Part shown: positions 32,701 to 44,636 of the stretch, piece by piece
Layout: the number at the start of each line of letters is the position of its first letter
How positions within the stretch are numbered: position 1 is the stretch's first letter
Assembly: GCA_964035545.1 (NCBI GenBank)
Contig: OZ037767.1
Location: 3,610,507-3,674,506 of the forward strand
Reading direction: 5' to 3'
Length of the DNA: 64,000 nucleotides
From: Bugula neritina
Taxonomy: Eukaryota; Animalia; Bryozoa
The notes under the pieces: generated by a model
What the model saw: the letters and a program-made list of their open reading frames with translations, nothing else
Database searches by the model: none
What the model was told of the DNA's origin: nothing
Made by a program: the position numbers and the translations under genes

Positions 32701-33034
32701 CTGTATAAGAACTAGCCTCACTTGAAGCTCTTCTACTTTCTTCTGAAATAAGACAGGCCTTATTATAGCAACCATGCACCGGAGATTGGCTTTCGGTTGA
32801 AAGAGAGGATATGGATGAAATTGACATGTATGAAACATTTTAAATTTACCTTTTTTGTGCATCAAAAAATAATTTAAATACAAATTGTTAGTAGGTGATA
32901 ACTAACTTTCACAATCGCTATTTGAGCTTTGTACATGTGCATATCCATTGTCTTTTGGAGTTTGCATGTCTATATAGCCATTATCATCTACATCACAAAT
33001 GTTACAAGAACAATTATATATATGTGGGGGTGTG

Positions 33035-33160
33035 CGAGCCGGTGAGTTAATTTTACACTGTGTACGTTTCCAGATTCCTTAACACTCACCACTGTGCATG
33101 AATGATAGAATCCAATATGCTTAACTTGTTTTTGGGCAACTTTTAAAGAAGAATAATTTT
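33035..33160. repeat. Dispersed repeat of about 120 bp, copy 1 (copy 2 at about 34693-34817)
   Basis: Shared core ccagattccttaacactcaccactgtgcatg...tagaatc...tttgggcaactttta in two introns of the VFT gene. Confidence 0.75.
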
Positions 33161-33296
33161 ACACAAATTAACATTCTATCACTTACTGCCAGGTATGGTT
33201 GTTGAGGGATTGTTAGCCAGGGGCGCTACTGCGTCTTGGTGGTTGTTGACATTCATATAAAATTCGTTGTTTCTGCCTGCTGTATATACTGAATAC

Positions 33297-33326
33297 ATAT
33301 ATATACACACACACACACACATATAT

Positions 33327-33409
<83 letters not shown>
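33297..33409. repeat. (CA)n/(TA)n compound microsatellite
   Basis: Direct reading. Confidence 0.9.
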
Positions 33410-33410
<1 letters not shown>

Positions 33411-36400
33411 CTATGAACCGTTTAAAATCAAGTAATTTTAAATAAAACATATTTATTCACTATATATAGCAAAAAAGAAAACTTGTAGAAAAATAATAAA
33501 CTGGGCCAAATAAATTAGTAGCATGAAATTGCTTTATAGGCCTACCGCAGCTAAACTTTTCAGTCAGCAGTTTTTTATGTCATTCATACAAAATTTAGTT
33601 ACCACAAATATGCTAGTATTTGATGTAATTACAGCTTGTAGGTAGGAGTGTTTTCCTTTATTGAAGTTTTGTCACCGTAAATGGTAACTAACCTTGATAG
33701 CTGCTGTTTAAACCGGTTAAATTGGGAGAATTGTTGTCAGTTTGATTTTGAAAAACCTGCATGCTTTGTGTAAATTCGTCATAATCGCCTTCATCTAAAC
33801 AGTGTGGTATAAGAGTAAATTTAGTACAAATATAATACTGTAATAATAAACGTAATTTGATATATTTTTCAAGTGTTGTATGTAAACAAAATGCTACTAT
33901 TTGCAAAGTAAATTGACTTAATCACATGTGATACTGCAACAATAGGCCCTTATTTTCAGATGTCCCAAGTATCCTCTTTACAATTACGAGTTGTGTTCTT
34001 TCAAAGTAAATAGGTTGAACCTTTGTATAAAAAACAAACTCATCAAAAACTTGAAGTTTGGCTGTTTCTTAAAATTCTAATTATGCCATATAATTGTTCT
34101 TTTAGGAGATAGATATTTTGGTATAAGCACACATATTAGCAGTTCAAAAATCTTTGAAAAATGTTTCTCCATGAAACATTTTAAAAGAAATAAACTTGAA
34201 AGCAGATTTGTGGTTTTGGTTGCCAAGCAATGCTGAAGTGGCACTTCAGCATTTCTCAGCAACTAAGACCACAAACATGTGCCCAAGTATAATTTGTTCA
34301 ACAATTTACTTTTTGGGAGGACACAATTCTTAATTGTAAAGGGGATCTTGGAAACTTCTCAAAAGGCTCTATTAGACAAAGGTCTGCTGACACATTGCAG
34401 TTGATGGCCTTAGAGGTTCTATACGGGTGTGTAAGAGGTACTTGTTCTAACTGCACTAGTTGGTTACTGGCCTTAAACCTACATGCAAGTTAACATAACG
34501 AAGCCTGTCTTCCAAAAATATGCTTTTGTGATCTGCTTCTTTCTGTAGGAAAGATCCCACAAGACCATATATTCATAAGCTACTGATGGAAACTGGGCCG
34601 TACTAAACCTATTAAAAGCAATTGATCATGTGATGCCACTGATTTGTGCAAAACAAAGAAAAACCAACACGATGCACTTCAGAGCTACAACTCGAGCTGG
34701 TAGGTTGACCTTACACTGTGTAAACCTCCAGATTCCTTAACACTCACCACTGTGCATGGATAATAGAATCAACTATTTTCAACGTCTTTTGGGCAACTTT
34801 TAGACAAGGATAATTTTATATAATATACTTATATATGCATATACATATAAAGTATATACTTATATATGTATACATGCATGTATATATGTATATATATATG
34901 TTGATGGATGTATATATGTGTGGTATATGTAAATATAAGTAATAATAGAAGGCAATTATTTTTATGGGTAAGTATAATAATGAAATATATACGCACAATC
35001 TGTGTCAAACATTTGTGTGCATAAAACATGGCTATGCAAAACTGTTTTTATTTGCCTGTATAATGCTTTTTACCTTTACAATTTTCATCTTGCTAAAATT
35101 ATTGCGAATTTTTAGAAGTGAGTGCATTGTAAAGCCAAAGTATAAAATTATACTTGCATAAACTTACTAAAAATAATTTTTTTATAATTTGATATTGTTC
35201 TGTCATATTAATAACAAAAAAATTGTTAATAACAGACTTCTATAAATATCAATTTCTACAGTAATTTTCATTTAATCGCCTAAACCTTTGAATATTGACA
35301 AAGACTTCGATATAAATTTACCAAATAAATTTTCAGTAATTCACTTTTTAGAATTGTCACTATAATTATTCATTACAATGTTTAAAATAGTCAATCTAAA
35401 AATAGGCTACCTAATAAAACTGAATACCACAATATTTCAATAGGTTATAGATAGTAATAAATTTACCACGAGTTGCTTCTTTCCTGTTTCTTTTAGCCTT
35501 CTTTATAAGCTTTGCTTAGCCGAAGTTCACAATTATAGCAAGACCAATTACAAGCATTACAATGACTATAGCAAGGATAGCACGCCCAACTTTGCTATCA
35601 AATTCATGCAAATTTTTTTCAATTAGTTCATCAGCAGTGATTGCTGGTGTGCTGGAAGTTACAATGCTAGGAGCGAAGCTTAGAATGTTTTCAGGACACT
35701 CTTTGCAGTTCACGCTTAGTGTACAATCAAATAGTACTAGTTTTTCATCGTCAATCTGCTCCGAATGATAAAAAAGGGGTTGCCGAGAAATTTCAAACAA
35801 GCCTTCGTCAATACGATACAAAAGTACATACTCTGCATTGTAGCTGTCGTTTTTTATGATGTTGAACACGTCATAGGTGGCAGGTCCCTGATTGTTTCCC
35901 GAATTGAAAACTCTTATATTTGGAACACCGGTAATGCCATTTGAAGGTATTAAAACTTTTTTCATCAAATTAAAAAATGTTTGACGAGAGGGTAGCCCTG
36001 AATTAAAAATTACATTAAAGTCTTCACTTATTTCTTGCTTAGCTTCCTTAACTGAATAAGCTAACGAAAGCCAACCAAGAGTGACCAACTTTGCAAATAC
36101 ATCTTCCGTGTCCAGTGGTGCTGATGCTGTACACTTAGCATTATTTGAAACTAAGTTACACTCCGGATGGCATTCTCTGCTCGCTGTTTTTCCATGACTC
36201 ATTGGGAGATTGCAGCCAAAATGCTGCTGCCAAAAATTTTTAAACAAAATGCTGTGTGCTCCATTAAAAACACTAATGTTGGACAAAAACTTTTCAAACT
36301 GATTTCCTTTATCTGTATGCCAAGAAAACTCTGTTTTCAATGACATGGTTATGAAACCAAATGTGACATCTTCAACTGGTTTAATCAGTTCATAGGATTT

Positions 36401-37884
36401 ACCCCATGTTTTGCTGCCAATAATCATTCTACCCTTACTCTTCCAAATTGAATTACGATCTCGAATCTGTGTGAGAAGCTGGGGAATAACTCTTTCATCT
36501 CCAAAGAAAATGTAAGCACGCGGCCAACTTTGATTTCTGGCCATTTCAATTGCCACATTGATCAAGGAGTTTTGAGTTCGATCAATTTCTCTTTTAACTT
36601 CAATGCAAACTCCGTAATTTTGAGCATTTTCTCTTATTAATCGAGCTCCAGATTTGCCGTAAACAGAACTTGTGTATATCAGTCCCACCGATTTGATGTC
36701 GTTCATCTGGCAGATTTTTAAAATATTGTGCACTTGATTTGTGTCGGATGGTGTTAGGCGTAACAGTAGCGGATATTGTTCCGTGTTGTCCAGCCAATGA
36801 CTTGTACTGCCTGGACTTATTTGTGGAATATTTAGATGGCGGAAATAACTTTGTATTGCTATGGTTACAGCACTGCTTATATCACCAATTATCAACAAAA
36901 TGAAGTTCTCCAGTGGGATTGTATGTGAGGTGCCATTTACATCAATTACCTCTGCTTTGTCATTGCCAAAGATTTCATTTAGTACTTTGTAAGTGTGAAG
37001 TTCTGCAGAGCAAGTGTCAATAAACAATGTCCCAACATCTAGCTCATTATTCAATATCTGATTGAATAAATGTTTTCCATAATCAAATGCCAAAGCACGG
37101 GTCATACCAGATCCTGTAATAGTGTTTGAACACCCTTTGTAGTTTTCCCCAATATCCCTTATAGTGCCAGTGCCTAGAAAAAAGTTACAAAAACTTTAGC
37201 ATTAGAACGCCTTTAACTTTTAACCTTTTCATCATCAACAAACAAATTCTTATTTAAGACCTGGTATTGTTTGTTACAAAATAAACAGAAGAAAAAGTTT
37301 TAACTATTTTCAGACTAGCAGTCAAAATGTATAGAATCAATTTTCTTAATATATTTCTTGTGTAAACTAATTTTTATTTTTTAGACGCTTTATAATTAAT
37401 GGGTTTTATAATGCTTAAACTGTACAGATAAATAAAATTATGTATGCTCTAATATTTTTATGCAAAATAATGCTATAGTTTATAAATTCTTTTCTAACCT
37501 ATAACCACATATTTACTCTTTCCAGGAGTATATACATAATGTAAATTTCTAGGAGTACAATGCTGACAATCGTTTTCACATCTGGACTTGATTGAGGTAG
37601 TGTAGTTGAAAAGACTTTTGGTGGAACCGTTTTCAAAATGCACATTTATCTACAATAAACAATTTGCCAATTTTGGATAAATTTGAAATTATTCTGCTAA
37701 TTTTTTTTTAAACTACATTACATAAAACACAAAATTAATAAGAAAATTATGACATCTAAAATGAAATATTGCAATACTATTAGATGACTGTATTTTGCAT
37801 GTTACTATAAGCTATATTACATATTTTTAGAAACACAATTTTCATAAACATTGCATAATTGCCCTTTGATTGTACTCATGTTCA

Positions 37885-38338
37885 TTAAAGTTGCGTTTAT
37901 ACCTCTGCTGAAAAAAGTACCGAGTTTAAGTTAATAATGCTGGTCCGGGTACCCCTTTATAGTCAAACTGAAACTCGTTGAAATCATATTGATGCGGTTG
38001 CTCGCTTTCTGAAATTGAAATTTGACTCGCATAATAGCTATTTGATGCCCTTTGTAAACGTCGTGAATTAGTGAAGCGGAAAGCATAAAAGCGATAATTG
38101 AGAAGGCGTAGGCTATATAATTATAATCGTATAAGTACGTTGTCTGATCGCCAAAGTAATGACTAAATAACGATGTTTACATGGAATTATTACTCCTATT
38201 CTAAAATTGGCCGATTAAGTTATCACAGTACAAAAATTTCAACGAGTGGCTTTTACAATGCAATGCAACTCGGAGAAATTCCAACCCGGCCAAATTGAAT
38301 TTTTGACCGAAAATCGTGAAGGTATAAACGCAACTTAA
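37885..38338. mobile_element. Non-autonomous DNA transposon (MITE) with TTAA flanks, Kolobok- or piggyBac-like
   Basis: TIRs agttgcgtttatacct / aggtataaacgcaact; TTAA at 37885-37888 and 38335-38338. Confidence 0.75.
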
Positions 38339-40624
38339 GCTATTATGTTTTTTACAAATTTTACAATTTATTTTAGCTTTTTACCTCTACATACTCTAAA
38401 TGTTGACTGTTGGTAGTTTTATTCAAAACAGCCAATTTCAAGCTCTGCTCATTGATGCCAAAGTCAAAGTCACCTCCAGAGCTGAAGAAACTACCATTTC
38501 CATCCATTTTAGCAGTGGTCAAGGGACTATTGGTAAACAAATCGTTTGCCAGCACTTTTCCTTGCTTTTCATAGTTTTCTTTGAAAAGCACTAAAAGCAT
38601 ATGCAGTGCTTTCTGCGTTGCCAATAAATTATCGAACTGAATAGAATCGGGTTTACAATATGGCTGACAATAGCTCAGTGTCCTGGTCAGCCATGATGGC
38701 TGTTTTTGACTTGTTTTTAAGACATCCTGCACATATTTCTTAATGTTTTCTAATGACCCTGTATTTTGGTAGTTTGGTAAAAGCGTCATAATAGTCAAAA
38801 GAGAGCTTCCTTTTTGCTTTATGACCTGTTCTTGCGTCCTTTTATGCCACAATGATTGTCCGATAGCTGTTGGTAAAATTATGGTTTTTTCAAACAGTTC
38901 ACTGTCTAGTGTGTTATAATATGTTTGAACCAGAATTTGTGCTACAAAAAGTCAGACAAATATTACATTGAAGTGCGTTTGGTTTAGTAGAAAAAAAAAG
39001 CTTAAAATGCCAATAAACATAAAATAAGCATTTCATTTGCTACAGAATAACATATTTAGCATGGCTAAAGGAGGACGCAGCATAAAATTTGGGACTACTA
39101 ATGAGACCCCAAACCCAGGGTCCCCTCTCCCAACTCTTGCATTTAGTGACCCCAAACTTTGTGCTGCATCAAACAATTTTCTAACCGAAATCCCTTATCC
39201 TTGTCATTAGCCTAAAAAATTATAACAGCTTGCAAAGTAAATGGCTACTCTTTATTCACGCTAGTGATCAATATCTATTCAATATGTTTCTGGAAATTTT
39301 TAGTTTGACTTTACCTGGCTCTTCAAGTCCATAATATAAAATCACTTTTGCTTCATCAATTGCCGTAACATTATTAACCAACTCTATGGAATAGTCGATG
39401 TCTTTTATTCTTAAAGTGTCAATTTGCAAGGTAATTGCTGTACATATACTCCATATTCCTGTATTTAAAACAAACAGTTATGGTTCACTTGAGACTTCTA
39501 ATGCATAGAATTTATATGCTTATTTCACTAGCACAACACTGTTAAATAAAAATAGTTAAGATTATTGCCTTTCGCAAACCAAATGTTTCTGAATCTGTAT
39601 TAGATGATACATGAGTGTAAAGGCATGTAAATTTAATAGTGCCAATTTAAAAAATTACTATTATTCAATGAGTTACCTGCGCAAATTTCTCCATACTTTT
39701 CAGTCCTTCTCTCCCATAACTATCATTTGTGTACAGAAAAATAACATAACTCCAATTATTTTGCACAGCCCATGACAGCATAGTCTAAATATTAAGAATT
39801 GGATCGAGTTTATACATATATATGCAATAAAGCAGGAACTTAAATTTTAATAAGCTTCAAAAATCCCAAACTAATTAAACAAACATTGCTCAGCAAAAAA
39901 ACTTTTTAACATAAATTCATTTCAATATTTACAACTATTGAAGCATTTTTTGGGAATCATGAAAATGAATAGAAACACCCATGCAGTGTTTATAGCAACC
40001 TAAAGAAATAGCTATATTTATTATTTCATTAGGCATTTTATGCATCGTCAGTGATAAAATGGGCATTTTCTCATGTTTCTAAAGCTATTTTCTTAAAAAA
40101 AACATATAGTTTTTTGTGAAAGACCTTGACCTTGATTTCCAAGTCTGCTAAGACGCCAGTTCCGAAAAAGCTGTTAATTGATTGATCCAGTACTAGTGAT
40201 GGTGAATTAGTAGTTATGCTAATCAGCGGTACTGTAACTCCACCAAGCATATTTTTCAACAGTCTTGTATTATCATTACCCATAGCTGTTACCAAACCTG
40301 TTAGTACAAATTTGGATCAAAGTTTCTAGCTCACTAACTGCATGTAGTTGCAGCACACTATAAACAAAACCAGAGTTTCCACATATAAATGCGATGATAT
40401 AACTAATGAGAAAATAGTTTAAAGAGCAATAGAAAAACATATTTTTGAAAGTCCTTTGTTTTTCTAATTTTAACGAAAGTAATGCTCGGTACAGTCTAGA
40501 CTCTAGATTATCATATTCTACACCTAATTAAGATGGACAGTGTACTCAAAATAATAAATTTTAGCTATTATTTATCCATGCATGATGAATTTAAAGGACA
40601 CAGATTTTCTCCTCCCATAGCTTA

Positions 40625-40880
40625 AGGCCTCATTCACGCTTGTCGTATTGTAGGCCGTAACAGCAAATATCAGCTATTTTTACATATGTCTGAGCTTCCT
40701 GTACGACGTTTCAGTACGTTAGAATCAAGCACTGCTTGATTTAAACAAATTACAGCGGGCTGCTATTGGACAAAAATACTTTTGCGTCGACTCATTGAAA
40801 ATAATTGTCTAATGCCCGGACACATTAGAAATGGTTGATATTTTACGTTACGGCCTACGGTACGGCAAGTGTGAATGAAG
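40625..40880. mobile_element. MITE with imperfect TIRs of about 50 bp
   Basis: tcattcacgcttgtcgtattgtaggccgtaac...aaatatcagctattt is complementary to aaatggttgatatttt...gttacggcctacggtacggcaagtgtgaatga. Confidence 0.75.
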
Positions 40881-41315
40881 AGAAAATTAAATTTTCTAAA
40901 AGTTAGATCATCACCTAATTTTACATAAATAGTAGAGATTATTAAGCCTCATACAATGTTTTGAAATTTATTTTTTTTAAATTACAATGGAGTACAATGG
41001 TATATGCACCTACCGATTGGAAGTTCATGAGAATTTGTTTCATTCACACGAAAATCAAAGAGGGGAATTGTTAGAGAGTCGGTGACATATTTAGTAGCCA
41101 GTGTCTTATTCAGACAGCTATCAGCTGCCTCCAGTTCTGTAATATAGCTACATTTTAAACATGAAAAAAAGAAAAAAAAATATATGTATTGTGTATATAC
41201 AATGCACATGAAACTAGTAGCAATAAAGTGTTTTAAATCAAATTTTATTGTTCATTACTTTTATTTACTCTGCTCTGCACTGCATTGAGCTCTCTTTAGC
41301 GGTAAACTATACACC

Positions 41316-41395
<80 letters not shown>

Positions 41396-41396
<1 letters not shown>

Positions 41397-41481
41397 TTCC
41401 CTAATGTTGCTATATTGCCTGAACAACTGCGGCACAACTAACATATCAATATAGGCGTGTGTGCGTGTGTTATTGAAGAAG

Positions 41482-41572
<91 letters not shown>

Positions 41573-41661
41573 TATCTTCCTCAATAACACACGCACACAC
41601 ACCTATATTGATATGTTATTTGTGCCCCAGTTGCTAAGGCAATATAGCAACATCAGGGAAG
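41396..41661. mobile_element. Foldback/MITE element: inverted arms of about 85 bp around a (TA)n core, TA-flanked
   Basis: cttccctaatgttgctatattgcct...gtgtgttattgaagaaga (TA)n tcttcctcaataacacac...aggcaatatagcaacatcagggaag. Confidence 0.85.
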
Positions 41662-43645
41662 TATGATCATTATTACTTTGTATAGTAGTAAGTTTGGGTT
41701 ATATAGAGTCATACAAGGAAGTTGTATTGTTGTGCTGCATATAAACACAGTACAGTGTATTACAACATACCTTCGCATATGTGTTTTGACATAAAGCTTG
41801 TAGTTTAAACTACGACATAATAATATATAAAGGATCTTTTATAGAGTTATGTAACAGAGATTTTGTCAATTTTATAAGGCAGCAATTTCACTATAAGTTC
41901 TAGCGTGACTTCATATAGTAGGCATCAAGTAAAAAAGAGTTGAAAGAGAATAGATGTATATGATAGCCTAAGAACCTACCGTATGATACCCCTGGTACTG
42001 CGAGACCCTCATAATCACTTCCATTCACTTGAGTTTGTTCTAATATGTACTGTGCAGCAAGAATATGGGCAATGTTTGTCATAGATATCTCGGCTGGAGC
42101 ATGACATGTTGGTGACTGGGTCAGTTCAGCTATAAACACTATCTTTGCTGTGATGTTGGCTGGGAAATAGAAAATAATTAAAATGTTAGCAATTATAGTC
42201 TGAGCAAAATAGGCATATAACAAATAGTATTATTACATAATTTCTTTGCTATGCATATATGTATTAATAAGTTACATATTGAACCCCATTAGCAGGTCTA
42301 AATAATAGGCTATATTTGATACTGTATGCTTTGCTTTCCTAACATTTGTTTGAAAGACCAGCAATTCAAAGTATATAATATTTTTACATGTAGTGACGAC
42401 AGTGAACCTGTTTGGACTTTACATAAGCTGGGAAAGCTTTTCCATAATGCATGATAGCTTTTCACATATCATCTCAGCTATGCCAGCTATATTATGCTTT
42501 TTCCACATCTACTATATAGCTACTACGCAAAAGCTAATCTTTTTGACTAATAAAAAACCCAGCATTTTTCACTTATCCATACTGGCGTCTCACACTTGTA
42601 ACTTGCAACTTATAACTTATGATATAACCTTTTTCACATTGCTATTTTCTTTCAGTCTGTGACAATAAATATTTCTATATACATAAAACACAACAGAGCC
42701 AATGTACTTTTATAGTGTGACATCAACATTTGTTGTTGCTGCATGCATATCACTTGTAAAAAAATAAAATATGTCTATCTATAAGATAGGAAACCAATTT
42801 CAATTTATTTCATTTTTAAAATTCTCTGCATAGAATTCTATGCTATAAACCTCTAGCAAACTGCTAAGGGTTTATGAAATAAGGTTTCCAGCCAAAGAAA
42901 AACTGCTAAGTCATACACTGCATAAAAATTCCAAGCTTCCTGGAAAGAAAATTGTTATGCAATGTTTGCAAACACCTATACATGTAATGTAACCACACCC
43001 AGAAATTCGTTTACATAATGTGTTGACCAGAGAAATGGAAACGCAGCCATGGAAACGCAGAGCTGTAATAGAACATGCTAACCTTGAATTCATATATGAC
43101 CCAGAATCTGCAAATGCTATACATATATAATTTTAAACAAATGTTTTCAAATGAAATTATTAGAAATATCAGTGTATGCAACTTGTAACTTTTAAAATGT
43201 TGAATCATGAATTTAATCTTAATTTATATTAGTCAAATTCAACATTATTTTAAGCTTTTAAAGCACAAAAATGCTCCAGTCTATAATAATGAGGAAAATA
43301 ATGTGAAAGAAACTTTATCTCACCCCTAGCACATGTCTTATTATAGATGTGATATATAGGCATGGTAAGTGTGATAAAATAGTGATGTGACCGAAAGTGT
43401 GATATTATAATCACATATAAATACTATATCCTATTAGACTTATAATATCACACCAGTATCATACCGATAGCATGCTTATATAACACCGGTATTGTTCTTA
43501 TACCACACCAACAACACCAACATTACATAACCTATTCCATTATGAAACAACGGACTTAGTATTTGGATAATTATAGTAGACCTTAGACGGCTTCATCAAC
43601 ACAAAAGTGCACGTGAGTAAAATTTGTGATAAGAAAACCAAATCT

Positions 43646-43826
43646 AGTGACATGTAGATAGGCTACTTTTACCTGCTCTAATGACATTTAGATAGACTAC
43701 TTTTACCTGCTCTATAGTGACATGTAGATAGACTACTTTTACCTGCTCTATAGTGACATGTAGATAGACTACTTTTACCTGCTCTATAAGTGACATGTAG
43801 ATAGACTACTTTTACCTGCTCTAATG
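43646..43826. repeat. 34-37 bp minisatellite, 5 units, spanning the exon 1 / intron 1 junction of the VFT gene
   Basis: Unit agtgacatgtagatagactacttttacctgctctat; each unit reads CAG|GTAAAA on the minus strand. Confidence 0.92.
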
Positions 43827-44264
43827 ATTGATAGAGTGAATAGAATACAGGAGAGAATATTTAGTAGTCTACCCATCTCAAATGATTTTAGCAAACTGGT
43901 TTCAAGGACTTGCATAGTAGTCATGTAATACTGTAAGCTCAAAGGCACTTAAGTTTTGGCTGTTTGTTTATGTGGCTAACTTGAGCTAATATCTATATAT
44001 TTGCTTATTATTAGCATATAAAATAGATGAAACTAAAATTATATTGTAAAACAAGGAAGTATTTGCTAACATAAAAGGTATTTATACAGCTGCCTATTGA
44101 AATAATTCACGTCACACTTACGATAATTATATAATTATATTAGTGAAATGTTTTGATACACTGTGTTTGGTTTCTTAAAAATTCCCTTTAACATTTTTCT
44201 AAATTAGTCAGCTTTGTGTCAAAAAACTAATAATTTTGTTTGGAAGTTGAAAGCAATATAATAC

Positions 44265-44636
<372 letters not shown>

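Larger units (their letters stand above)
32606..43876 (-). pseudogene. Single-pass receptor with two tandem Venus-flytrap (ANF_receptor / class C GPCR-like) domains, about 1230 aa if intact; disrupted in this assembly
   Basis: Exons (minus): 43876-43816 (signal peptide MGRLLNILSCILFTLSIIRA), 42159-41980, 41136-41014, 40297-40131, 39784-39677, 39458-39315, 38941-38385, 37649-37499, 37173-35467, 33794-33693, 33279-33187, 32987-32907, 32838-32606 (last acceptor non-canonical). All phases fit if 2 nt are removed at about 39445. VFT motifs: FIDTCS, IPQISPGSTS, YPLLLRLTPSDTNQ, YTSSVYGKSG, FWQQHFGC (VFT2); NNWSYVIFLYTNDSYGREG (VFT1). One TM, ILAIVIVMLVIGLAIIVNF. Lesions: frameshift at about 39445 and TAA at 35518-35516. 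Confidence 0.82.

Noticed and set aside
35516-37105. Calling the 529-aa ORF a complete metabotropic glutamate receptor
   Set aside because: It is an internal exon. No nine-cysteine domain or 7TM follows, only one TM and a low-complexity tail.
43580-43653. Alternative signal-peptide exon MSLDLVFLSQILLTCTFVLMKPSK for the VFT gene
   Set aside because: Weak donor and phase 0, incompatible with the phase-1 acceptor at 42159; exon 43876-43816 fits.
43646-43826. CRISPR-like array (repeats of about 36 bp)
   Set aside because: Units are head-to-tail with no unique spacers, there are no cas genes, and the context is eukaryotic.
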